DNA of 64,000 nt from Candidatus Omnitrophota bacterium (GTDB lineage Bacteria > Omnitrophota > Gorgyraeia > 2-01-FULL-45-10). The number at the start of each line of letters is the position of its first letter. Position 1 is the stretch's first letter. Of the stretch, positions 1-8,799 are shown piece by piece. The position numbers were made by a program, and so were the translations under genes. The stretch is taken from NCBI GenBank assembly GCA_903843285.1, contig CAIMPC010000068.1, positions 1,200-65,199 on the forward strand. The letters run 5' to 3'. Under the pieces are notes generated by a model. That model searched no databases. It saw only the letters and a program-made list of their open reading frames with translations, and was not told the DNA's origin.

Positions 1-1
1 G

Positions 2-1204
2 ATTGAGAAAACATTAAAGGATGCCATAGGGTCTTTTCCCGCTGTTTTTATCGGTGGACCGAGAAGGTCGGGGAAAACGACTTTATCAAAGGCGTTTCTC
101 AAGGGGTATAATTATGTGCTTCTTGATGAGATAGATATACGTTCACTGGCTATTGAGGACCCTCGTGGCTTTCTGGAAAAATATCCACCCCCTATTATTA
201 TTGACGAGATTCAAAACGCCCCTACCCTCTTATCGCATATCAAAGCTCGTATTGAACATAATAAGAAGCCGGGTCAGTGGATTCTCACCGGTTCTCAGCA
301 GTGGGCCCTAGTGAAAGGTATTAGTGAAACCTTGGCTGGTCGTATTGCTATTTTACATTTGTTTCCATTTTCTCTGGAAGAAGTACAAAAGATCGGGCGG
401 TTTCATTTGAGTTCAGCAGATGAATTTATAAAGGATCTTCTACAATCTAAAAAACTTCCGGATAAGTTTGTGCCGGTTGGAAAGTGGATTTTAGGGGGAG
501 GATACCCGGAGGTTGTGCTTAATAGGAGAATGTCTCGTAAACTATGGTTTTCCAGTTATCTGCAGACCTATGTGGATCGCGATGTCCGCGGGTATATCAA
601 ACAGTCAAACCTTCACGACTTTGAGAGATTTGTAAAGCTTTTGGCTTCGCGTACAGCTCAGGAGCTGAATTGTTCGACGCTTTCACGAGATATCGGCGTT
701 TCGGTTCCTACTATAAAATCATGGCTCACTCTTTTGGAGGCAAGCGGCCTCATATTTTTCCTAATGCCTTATCATAACAATTTCGGTAAACGACTTATTA
801 AAGCGCCAAAATGTTATTTTATCGATACAGGGCTTGTTTCATATCTTGTCGGGCTTCAGGATGAAGACCATGCGCTTGAAGGACCTATGGCAGGTGCACT
901 CTTTGAGACGGCATGCGTCTCCCAGTTTTATAAACGCTTTTCCGCTTTTGCCGACCCTTGCTCACTTTATTATTATCGTAGTACTGATGGGTTAGAAATA
1001 GATCTATTGATTGAGACCGGCAAAATGATCTATCCTGTTGAAATAAAATTGTCTTCCACAATTAATTATGGTCGTGTTAGTTCTTTAATAAAATGGCTGG
1101 AAATCTCACGCATCAAAGATGCTCGAGGATTGGTAATTTCCACTTCCAAAGAACTAGGGATCATGGGAAAGAATGTGATAAATTGTCACTACTCTTTGAT
1201 TTAG
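2..1204 (+). CDS. AAA+ ATP-binding protein (AAA_14 + DUF4143 type), 5' end truncated by the window edge
   Basis: Frame is open from nt 2 (IEKTLKDAIGSFPAVFIGGPRRSGKTTL, Walker A). Also Walker B IIIDEIQ, LTGSQ, GGGYPE and C-terminal EIDL...EIK. Confidence 0.85.
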   Translation: MEKTLKDAIGSFPAVFIGGPRRSGKTTLSKAFLKGYNYVLLDEIDIRSLAIEDPRGFLEKYPPPIIIDEIQNAPTLLSHIKARIEHNKKPGQWILTGSQQWALVKGISETLAGRIAILHLFPFSLEEVQKIGRFHLSSADEFIKDLLQSKKLPDKFVPVGKWILGGGYPEVVLNRRMSRKLWFSSYLQTYVDRDVRGYIKQSNLHDFERFVKLLASRTAQELNCSTLSRDIGVSVPTIKSWLTLLEASGLIFFLMPYHNNFGKRLIKAPKCYFIDTGLVSYLVGLQDEDHALEGPMAGALFETACVSQFYKRFSAFADPCSLYYYRSTDGLEIDLLIETGKMIYPVEIKLSSTINYGRVSSLIKWLEISRIKDARGLVISTSKELGIMGKNVINCHYSLI

Positions 1205-1222
1205 AATGGGCTGCAGCAATTC

Positions 1223-3649
1223 ATGGATACATCGAGCGAAATCAAGTTTCTTAAAGCAAAGGTCGCATTATTAGAGACAGAGAAAAAGCACCTCATTCAG
1301 AAATTAGCTGATTTAGAAGAGAAAAAATCCGAAGCACCTCATAATATATTATCCTCACGCATTAACAATCCTATAGTAGTTTCCGCAGAAAGCAGCTCCG
1401 ATTTTACCATCGAACAAAAAATACAGTTATTAAGGAATGCCTTCCGCGGCCGCGAAGATGTTTATGCCAAGTCGTGGGTTAATAACCGGACAGGTAAGCG
1501 CGGATACAGCCCAGTCTGTAAAAACGAATGGGTTCGGTCTTTTTGTCGTAAACCCGCCGTTAGGTGTTCCGAGTGCCCCAATCAGCAGTTTCTGCCTTTT
1601 GATGATATTGCTATTCGCCAGCACTTGGATGGTCGGCAAGTTATTGGTGTTTATCCTATGCTCAAGAACGAGAGCTGTTATTTTTTAGCTATAGATTTTG
1701 ATAAAGAAAACTGGCTTGAGGATATCCGGGCGATTATGACAACTTGTCGTGGAGAAGGGATCCCTGCGGCCGTAGAGCGGTCGCGCTCGGGAAGCGGTGG
1801 GCATGCCTGGATTTTCTTCAGCGAAGAAGTGCCGGCGATTTTAGCGCGTAAGCTCGGAAGCTCTTTAATTACCAAGACCATGGCTCGGCGATATCAGATA
1901 GATATGAAAAGCTATGATCGGATATTTCCTAATCAGGACACAATGCCCAAGGGTGGGTATGGAAACTTGATTGCACTTCCATTCCAGAAAGAAGCATCGC
2001 AGATAGGAAACAGTGTTTTTATTAATGATCATGGAGTGCCTTATCCTGACCAGTGGGCGTTTTTATCATCTGTTGGCAAAATGTCTTATCGAGATGTCGA
2101 GGCAGTCGTGGATGATGCTTCAAAGACCGGACAGATCATCGCGGTGCGGCAGAGCCCTATCGAGGAGAACGACGAGCCATGGATGCGCTTACCTTCTGGT
2201 AAACGTCGTTTCAAAGTTGATATCAGTGAATTACCGGAGGCACTGGATGCTGTTCTTGCGAACCGGCTATATATCAAGATAGGGGAAGGACCCTCTGTTT
2301 TGGTCAATCAGCTTAAGCATTTGGCCGCATTCCAGAATCCTGAGTTTTACAGAAAGCAAAAAATGCGGTTTTCGACGCATGCTACGCCGAGGATTATTTG
2401 TTGTGCGGAGATTATTGATGGATATCTGTCTTTGCCGCGAGGGTGTCTGGATGATGTTAAAGCTTTGCTTGATGAGTATGGTGTGCGGTTGAATATTGAT
2501 GATAAACGTTTTGTTGGCCGTGAGGCAAATTTTGTTTTCAATGGTGTGCTTACGATTGAACAGGAGGGGGCATTAAAGGAAATACTGGATTCTGACTTTG
2601 GCGTGTTTGTCGCTCCTCCGGGTATGGGAAAGACAGTTTTGGCGCTTGCCGCAGTGGCCAAGCGAAAGACTAATACATTAATTCTTGTCCACCGCAAACC
2701 TCTGATGGATCAATGGCGTTTACAGGCATCTTCACTTTTTGATATCAATAAGAAGGAGGTCGGTCAAATTGGTGGTGGGAAGAATAGGTCGAATGGTGTT
2801 ATTGATGTCGCCATGGTTCAGAGCATGGATTTGACGAATGGCGTAGACGATCGCATTATGGATTATGGCTTCGTTATCATTGATGAATGTCATCATGTCG
2901 GTGCAGTGTCATTTGAGAAGGTTTTGGCGCAAGTTAAAGCGAGATATGTGTTGGGTTTAACCGCGACACCATACCGCCGTGATGGTCACCAGCCGATTAT
3001 TCATATGCAGTGCGGGCCCATTTGTCATCAGATTAAGCAAAAAGATTTTTCCGCGCATATTTCGAGTTCGCAGGTTATTACGCGACCAACAGAGTTTGAT
3101 TATCCCTGGAGTGACGATTCAAGAATATCTGATCTGTGGAGTCAATTGCTCAAAGACAGCCAGCGTAACGATAAAATTGTTGATGATATTCTTGCTAATG
3201 TAGATGAAGGACGGTTTCCGTTGATTTTAACGGAGCGTCGGGAGCATCTGGAGATTCTCGCGGAGCGCCTACAGGACAAGATTGATTTTCTCGCCATTTT
3301 GTATGGAGGTATGGGGCGTAAGGATCAGCGAGAAATCTTTGACCAAATTAAAAAGAGTGCCGAGGGTTCGCGGCGTGCTATTTTAGCCACAGGATCGTAT
3401 ATTGGCGAAGGTTTTGACGAACCGCGTCTGGACACGCTTTTTCTGACGATGCCCAGCTCGTTCAAAGGTAAGATTGTTCAATATACAGGGCGTTTGCACA
3501 GGTATCATCATGATAAGCATGATATTAGGATTTATGACTACGTTGATTCCCGATTGCCGATTTTGGAAAGGATGTTTAAGCGCCGTTCGAAGACGTATAA
3601 ATTATTGGGGTATGAGATTAGAGATCACCTGAGGGTTAATGATCAATGA
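1223..3649 (+). CDS. AEP primase-like (TOTE-type) domain fused to an SF2 DEAD/DEAH-box helicase (ResIII-like)
   Basis: N-terminal FRGREDVYA, LAIDFD, ERSRSGSGGHAWIFF, DRIFPNQD, GNLIALP. C-terminal PPGMGKT, DECHH, LTATP, GEGFD, QYTGR. Confidence 0.8.
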   Translation: MDTSSEIKFLKAKVALLETEKKHLIQKLADLEEKKSEAPHNILSSRINNPIVVSAESSSDFTIEQKIQLLRNAFRGREDVYAKSWVNNRTGKRGYSPVCKNEWVRSFCRKPAVRCSECPNQQFLPFDDIAIRQHLDGRQVIGVYPMLKNESCYFLAIDFDKENWLEDIRAIMTTCRGEGIPAAVERSRSGSGGHAWIFFSEEVPAILARKLGSSLITKTMARRYQIDMKSYDRIFPNQDTMPKGGYGNLIALPFQKEASQIGNSVFINDHGVPYPDQWAFLSSVGKMSYRDVEAVVDDASKTGQIIAVRQSPIEENDEPWMRLPSGKRRFKVDISELPEALDAVLANRLYIKIGEGPSVLVNQLKHLAAFQNPEFYRKQKMRFSTHATPRIICCAEIIDGYLSLPRGCLDDVKALLDEYGVRLNIDDKRFVGREANFVFNGVLTIEQEGALKEILDSDFGVFVAPPGMGKTVLALAAVAKRKTNTLILVHRKPLMDQWRLQASSLFDINKKEVGQIGGGKNRSNGVIDVAMVQSMDLTNGVDDRIMDYGFVIIDECHHVGAVSFEKVLAQVKARYVLGLTATPYRRDGHQPIIHMQCGPICHQIKQKDFSAHISSSQVITRPTEFDYPWSDDSRISDLWSQLLKDSQRNDKIVDDILANVDEGRFPLILTERREHLEILAERLQDKIDFLAILYGGMGRKDQREIFDQIKKSAEGSRRAILATGSYIGEGFDEPRLDTLFLTMPSSFKGKIVQYTGRLHRYHHDKHDIRIYDYVDSRLPILERMFKRRSKTYKLLGYEIRDHLRVNDQ

Positions 3650-3722
3650 GCTTAGGACTTGGTTTACCAAAACTCCTGTAACAGCCCAGTAATATAACAA
3701 CCTTTGCCATTGAGGAAACCGT

Positions 3723-3777
3723 TGCCGATCGAGAAGCTGGAAGTGAAAATAGTTAAGTGGGAAGAGCGAAGACATGA
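3723..3777 (+). repeat. 55-bp imperfect direct repeat, copy 1
   Basis: tgccgatcgagaagctggaagtgaaaatagttaagtgggaagagcgaagacatga; 45/55 identical to 4567-4621 by hand alignment. Confidence 0.85.
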
Positions 3778-3781
3778 TAAT

Positions 3782-4579
3782 ATGGCTACTATGAATACAA
3801 GGATAAAAAATAGAGTTCCGCATATCATTTTCCTATATTGGATTATTAAGATAGTAGCAACAACTTTAGGGGAAACCGGAGCAGATATGTTTTCCATGAC
3901 CCTTAATTTAGGTTATTGGGTTACAATTGCAATATTCATGAGCATATTTCTCATATTGCTTGTGATTAAACTTTCCTTGAAAGGCTATCACCCATTAGTT
4001 TATTGGCTAACTTTTATCGCATCGGCCATAGCAGGTACCGCAATATCCGATTTCATAGATCGTACATTAGGGCTTGGTTATGCGGCAGGATCCGTTATTT
4101 TGATAGCGATCTTATTGGTAGTTCTGGCGGCTTGGTACAAAAAAGAAAAATCAATAAGCGTAGAATATATTACTACACCTATAGCTGAAATTTTTTATTG
4201 GGTAGCTTTTTTAATTGCAAACACACTAGGAACAGCAGCGGGAGACTTTTTTGCTGATAATATGGGGCTTGGTTTTATGAACAGTGCAATTTTGATATCC
4301 GTAGTACTCATTACTGTAGCTTTATTGCACTTCTTTACAAAGATTTCCAATATACTACTATTCTGGGTGGCATTTGTTTTGACAAGGCCATTTGGCGCTA
4401 CATTCGGTGATTTTCTTACCAAAACCAGCACAAAAGGAGGGGTTAACTTCGGCACAGTTGCTTCTTCGATAGTTATTTGTGTGATTTTTGTTATTGTAAT
4501 TCACATAGAAACTAACCTAGAAAAGAAGAGGTGGGCGATTGACCCTCCCCACCTTGATAAAGATGATGCCGCTCTCTAA
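3782..4579 (+). CDS. COG4705 / DUF347-repeat membrane protein
   Basis: Motifs YWIIKIVATTLGETGAD, NTLGTAAGD and FWVAFVLTRPFGATFGDFL; multiple TM helices. Start moved to the ATG at 3782 (3791 is an alternative). Confidence 0.85.
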   Translation: MATMNTRIKNRVPHIIFLYWIIKIVATTLGETGADMFSMTLNLGYWVTIAIFMSIFLILLVIKLSLKGYHPLVYWLTFIASAIAGTAISDFIDRTLGLGYAAGSVILIAILLVVLAAWYKKEKSISVEYITTPIAEIFYWVAFLIANTLGTAAGDFFADNMGLGFMNSAILISVVLITVALLHFFTKISNILLFWVAFVLTRPFGATFGDFLTKTSTKGGVNFGTVASSIVICVIFVIVIHIETNLEKKRWAIDPPHLDKDDAAL

Positions 4580-4621
4580 GCTGGAAGCGGAAATAGTTAA
4601 GCGTGAAGAGTGAAGACACGA
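4567..4621 (+). repeat. 55-bp imperfect direct repeat, copy 2
   Basis: tgccgctctctaagctggaagcggaaatagttaagcgtgaagagtgaagacacga. Confidence 0.85.
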
Positions 4622-4646
4622 CCCTTATGAACACTACCGATGAGTT

Positions 4647-5363
4647 ATGATAAAAAACTCGAATAAGTTTGCCTTAGAACGTGCCTTGTCGAAGCTGGGC
4701 ACGGCTTCCCGCAGTCAGACCCGGGCATGGATCCTGGAGGGACGGCTGAGTGTTAACGGGAAGGTGGTTAAAGACCCCTTTCGCATGATTACCCCGGGCA
4801 AAGACAAGATTGCTTTAGATGGGGAAGAAGTGCAGAAGAAGGGCTGGAAAACGATCCTGTTATATAAGCCGAGATCCGTCGTGACGACCAGGTTCGACGA
4901 ACATGGCCGCAACACCGTCTTCGATCTCTTACCCAAAGAATTGAAATCTCTTCATCCTGTGGGCCGTCTGGACATGGCGACGACCGGACTATTGCTACTG
5001 ACCAACGATACGAGTCTATCTGCTTATTTGACCGACCCTGCCAATGCCATTAAGCGCACCTATGTAGTCTCCGTTAATGGTAAGGTTACGCCCGAGGAAA
5101 TCCAGAAGCTCGTCCGGGGCATTTACGACAGGGGCGAATTTTTAAAGCCGTTAAAAATAATCCTGCGCAAAGCCAGTAATAAAGAGTCTCATCTGATCGT
5201 GGAGTTAACCGAGGGAAAAAATCGGGAGATTCGCAGGATATTCGAATCTATAGGCCGCGAGGTAACGAGCCTTAGGCGCATTGCCTTCGGTCCTATGAAG
5301 CTGGGAGAGATGCAGCCCGGGCAGTTTCGTTACCTGAGTCCCGAAGAGATCAAAATCACTTAA
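4647..5363 (+). CDS. rRNA pseudouridine synthase (RsuA/RluB/E/F family)
   Basis: N-terminal S4 domain, YKP, VGRLD (catalytic Asp), GLLLLTND, EGKNREIRR. Confidence 0.92.
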   Translation: MIKNSNKFALERALSKLGTASRSQTRAWILEGRLSVNGKVVKDPFRMITPGKDKIALDGEEVQKKGWKTILLYKPRSVVTTRFDEHGRNTVFDLLPKELKSLHPVGRLDMATTGLLLLTNDTSLSAYLTDPANAIKRTYVVSVNGKVTPEEIQKLVRGIYDRGEFLKPLKIILRKASNKESHLIVELTEGKNREIRRIFESIGREVTSLRRIAFGPMKLGEMQPGQFRYLSPEEIKIT

Positions 5364-6075
5364 CTCGCAACACCCCCAGATGCTTCCGTATGAACTTTAA
5401 GATGCACCATTCAAGCTTGCGTTCACGAGCTACTTTTTGGAAGGCTTCCAGGACGGGATGCGGGTGTTCGGCAGAAGCCTCTGTGCCCAAGTTTATTTTA
5501 GGATCGACGTCGTGTACCAATATGAATCCGCCATTTTTCATCATTGGCAGTCCATTTTCGATATCAGCCAGCGCGGCTTCATATGTATGCGCGGCATCGA
5601 CAAGATAAATATCAACTTCCCCGGCCAATCTCCTGGCAATATTAGGAAGCTCTGCCAGCGAATCGGCGCAGATAAGCTCTATCGAATCTCCTCCGAGGCC
5701 TGTCGCTATGATATTCTTTCGCGCAACATCGGGAAAACTACATGGCACGCCCAGGCCGCCATCGACGCATACCAACCTGCCCTTACCGTTTTCAAAGAGC
5801 CCTCTGGCTGTACCCACAGCACTGCCGCCGGCATTCGTTCCAACCTCTACGACGATATCGGGACGGTAAAATCGCACTAATGCGTGCATCCATCTGCCGT
5901 ATCTGGGGTGATCCTTACCTCTGCCGGATACTTCCGGAGCCGCCCCACGAAAGCCGGGGAGAGGGTCGTCCGGCAATGAAAGAAATAGCCGGAAGAGCTC
6001 CTCATCTAATTTTAGAGGCCCTGTGATCCTGGCACGCATAGTAGATGCCAGTATGACATTTTCGAGAATATTCAT
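5356..6075 (-). CDS. Class I SAM-dependent methyltransferase (Methyltransf_24-like)
   Basis: VVEVGTNAGGS, LVDAAHTYE, GGFILVHD. Likely start is MNILENV at 6075. Confidence 0.8.
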   Translation of the reverse strand: MNILENVILASTMRARITGPLKLDEELFRLFLSLPDDPLPGFRGAAPEVSGRGKDHPRYGRWMHALVRFYRPDIVVEVGTNAGGSAVGTARGLFENGKGRLVCVDGGLGVPCSFPDVARKNIIATGLGGDSIELICADSLAELPNIARRLAGEVDIYLVDAAHTYEAALADIENGLPMMKNGGFILVHDVDPKINLGTEASAEHPHPVLEAFQKVARERKLEWCILKFIRKHLGVLRVK

Positions 6076-6255
6076 ATTATTTGTATTATATATTATGAAG
6101 GCGTAATATGGAACCATATAATTATCGCCGAATTACCGCAGTGTGATACAATTAGTTACGGACAGACGTTCATAACGATCTGAATCTGTATTGGGCCATA
6201 AGGAGATCGGGCAGATGAGGAGCTTTCTCCGGAAGGGAGGATTTAACCCCGAACC

Positions 6256-7206
6256 ATGATAAAACTCATAATCGATTGGTTGGTATACGATATTCTTAAG
6301 ATGCGGCAAGGGGCACTCCTTACCGAAGCCCTAAACTTTTTTCTATATGACACGATAAAGATATTTCTATTATTATCCATCATCATCTTCATCGTCGCTA
6401 TCATAAGGACTTTCTTTTCACCCGAGAAAACCCGGTCGATCCTAAGCCATAAGCAGGGCTATTTGGGCAACGTGCTTGCGGCTTTACTGGGGATCGTAAC
6501 GCCTTTTTGTTCATGCAGCGCTGTTCCGTTATTTCTGGGATTTGTAGAGGCAGGTGTCCCGCTGGGAGTTACGTTCTCATTTTTAGTGGCGTCACCCATG
6601 ATTAATGAAGTGGCGCTGATCATGCTATGGGGACTTTTCGGATGGAAAATATCCCTTATCTATATCGGCAGTGGGCTTGTCATAGCTATATTTTCCGGGT
6701 TGGTCATCGGAAGGCTTAAGGTTGAGGATCTGGTCGAGCACTTCGCAATTAAAAAACAGACGTGTTGCGCCCAGTCGACAGGCATGACGTTTAAGGATAG
6801 GATCGATTATGCCAAAGGATATACAAAGGATATCTTAAAAGGCATATGGCTATTTGTAATTATCGGCATAGGATTAGGGGCGTGGATCCATGGTTATGTG
6901 CCGGCTGATTTTCTTGCAAAATATGCGGGCCGAGGAAATTGGTTTGCCGTGCCCCTGGCAACCCTGATCGGTATTCCTCTTTATTCTAACGCGGCCGGCG
7001 TCATCCCTCTGGTCAGCGCGTTGACCGAGAAAGGCGTGGCTATGGGGACGGCCCTTTCGTTCATGATGGCGGTAACCGCGCTTTCACTGCCCGAGTTCAT
7101 AATACTTCGAAAAGCTATGAAGATGAAACTGCTTATAATCTTTGCTTCGGTAGTGGGCGTCGGCATTATATTTATGGGGTATATGTTCAATCTCATTCTG
7201 AAATAA
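6256..7206 (+). CDS. arsP: ArsP-like permease (DUF318)
   Basis: TPFCSCSAVP, SPMINEVA, GIPLYSNA, ALSLPE motifs. Confidence 0.85.
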   Translation: MIKLIIDWLVYDILKMRQGALLTEALNFFLYDTIKIFLLLSIIIFIVAIIRTFFSPEKTRSILSHKQGYLGNVLAALLGIVTPFCSCSAVPLFLGFVEAGVPLGVTFSFLVASPMINEVALIMLWGLFGWKISLIYIGSGLVIAIFSGLVIGRLKVEDLVEHFAIKKQTCCAQSTGMTFKDRIDYAKGYTKDILKGIWLFVIIGIGLGAWIHGYVPADFLAKYAGRGNWFAVPLATLIGIPLYSNAAGVIPLVSALTEKGVAMGTALSFMMAVTALSLPEFIILRKAMKMKLLIIFASVVGVGIIFMGYMFNLILK

Positions 7207-7215
7207 GGAAAAATA

Positions 7216-7449
7216 ATGAAGATAGAAATATTAGGCGTAGGTTGCCCGAAATGCAAACAGCTTGCCGTGAATGTAGACGCGGCCGTAAGAGAGCTTAATC
7301 TCTCAGTAGAGATAGTTAAGGTGACGGATATTATGAAAATTACAGAATATGGTGTGATGATGACGCCTGCGCTTGCGATCGATGGCGCTATTATATCGTC
7401 CGGTAAGGCATTAAGTAAAGACGATATAAAGAAGATCCTATCCAGATAA
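7216..7449 (+). CDS. Small thioredoxin-like protein (MTH895/ArsE family)
   Basis: MKIEILGVGCPKC...YGVMMTPAL, 77 aa. Confidence 0.85.
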   Translation: MKIEILGVGCPKCKQLAVNVDAAVRELNLSVEIVKVTDIMKITEYGVMMTPALAIDGAIISSGKALSKDDIKKILSR

Positions 7450-7460
7450 TAGGGGGAAGA

Positions 7461-7898
7461 TTGAAAAAAATATTTTCAACCCTTTTGGCAGTCACTATGC
7501 TTATCAGCGGTAGCGTGATCCTTCTCTCGAACGCCCGGGCCGCGGATGGCGATAGAGACAGTCACGTCGTTGCCTATTATTTTCATGGCTCTTTTCGCTG
7601 TCCGACATGCCATAAGCTGGAGCAGTATTCAAAGGAAGCTATAGAGACCAACTTTAAGGATGAGCTTTCTTCCGGAAAATTGGAGCTGAAGGCAGTAAAT
7701 GTCGAGGAGGGCCGTAATGAGCATTATACGAGCGATTACCAACTCTATACCAAATCGCTTATTTTGTCATTGATCAGGGATGGCAAGGAGACAAAATATA
7801 AGAACCTGGACAAGATCTGGGAGTATGTGCACAATAAACAAAGATTTCTGGATTACGTTAAGGCAGAGGTCGCTGATTTCCTGAAGGAAGCAAGATGA
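7461..7898 (+). CDS. Secreted thioredoxin-fold protein (ArsF-like)
   Basis: Signal peptide, YYFHGSFRCPTC, KNLDKIWE; position within the cluster. Confidence 0.75.
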   Translation: MKKIFSTLLAVTMLISGSVILLSNARAADGDRDSHVVAYYFHGSFRCPTCHKLEQYSKEAIETNFKDELSSGKLELKAVNVEEGRNEHYTSDYQLYTKSLILSLIRDGKETKYKNLDKIWEYVHNKQRFLDYVKAEVADFLKEAR

Positions 7899-8587
7899 TG
7901 GAAATGATTATAGTCTTTGCGTCAGCGTTATGGCTCGGTATATTAACTTCAATAAGCCCATGTCCATTGGCCGCCAATGTGGCCGCCATCTCTTTTTTAT
8001 CTAAAAGAGTAACTCATCCGGCCCTTGTATTCATTTCAGGATTGGCTTATACGCTGGGGAGGATGGTTTCATATTGCGTTCTGGGATGGATAATTATAAA
8101 CTCTCTTTTAAGCGTTCCCCAGACGGCCCAGTTCCTGCAGAAATACATGGGTAAGGCTTTAGGGCCCATACTTATCATTACGGGACTTATACTGCTCGAA
8201 ATGATCACTATTTGCATTCCAGGGTTTTCGCTTTCACAAAAACATGGCAATAAGCTTGTGGAATCCGGCGCGTTCGGAGCTTTTCTGCTCGGAATGATTT
8301 TTGCACTCGCATTCTGTCCGATCTCCGCGGCATTATTTTTCGGAAGCCTGATTCCCCTGGCGCTTAAAAGCAAGCTCAGCGTTTTATTACCGATTCTTTA
8401 TGGTGTAGGAACGGGGCTACCCGTCCTTTTGTTTGCTTTCGGTATAGCCGTGGGTATTACGTCGCTGAGTCGCTGGTTTCATCAGATCTCCAGGATTGAA
8501 TACTACACACGGAGAATCACCGGGGCCGTATTTGTGGCAGTGGGGCTGTATTATACAGGGGTATATATTTTTAGATTATTTTATTAG
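7895..8587 (+). CDS. ArsG-like / DsbD_2 (CcdA-like) membrane protein
   Basis: GILTSISPCPLA and FALAFCPISAALFFG. Confidence 0.8.
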   Translation: MMEMIIVFASALWLGILTSISPCPLAANVAAISFLSKRVTHPALVFISGLAYTLGRMVSYCVLGWIIINSLLSVPQTAQFLQKYMGKALGPILIITGLILLEMITICIPGFSLSQKHGNKLVESGAFGAFLLGMIFALAFCPISAALFFGSLIPLALKSKLSVLLPILYGVGTGLPVLLFAFGIAVGITSLSRWFHQISRIEYYTRRITGAVFVAVGLYYTGVYIFRLFY

Positions 8588-8597
8588 GATATAATTA

Positions 8598-8626
8598 TTG
8601 ATTAGTTGTTTTCGACGTGGTATAAA
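8598..8626 (+). promoter_or_regulatory. Putative sigma70 promoter for the cbpA/cbpB-like genes
   Basis: TTGATT-17bp-TATAAA with a TG extension; RBS AAGGAG precedes the ATG at 8644. Confidence 0.45.
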
Positions 8627-8643
8627 TTCATAAAAGGAGATGT

Positions 8644-8778
8644 ATGGAAAATAGCAAGAAGAGCAATAAGGGTGAAACCAAAATAAACAAAAGTGATATT
8701 ATAGCGAGCAGGAAGACGTGCTCGGCAGATGGCACCGGCTTATCGCATTACGTTCTGATGGATAAGAAGACCAAGTAA
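8644..8778 (+). CDS. cbpA: 44-aa RiPP precursor peptide, CbpA-like (absent from the ORF track)
   Basis: Hand translation MENSKKSNKGETKINKSDIIASRKTCSADGTGLSHYVLMDKKTK; strong RBS; RKxCxxxGTGLSHY motif; directly upstream of a radical SAM gene. Confidence 0.85.
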   Translation: MENSKKSNKGETKINKSDIIASRKTCSADGTGLSHYVLMDKKTK

Positions 8779-8799
8779 GAGTCATCGCGATAATCCCAT

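Noticed and set aside
3650-4646. Integron attC sites or CRISPR repeats
   Set aside because: Only two copies about 840 bp apart, no attC-type palindrome, and no integrase or cas genes.
8588-8643. Cobalamin riboswitch upstream of cbpA
   Set aside because: Only 56 nt, AT-rich, and no B12-box-like sequence.
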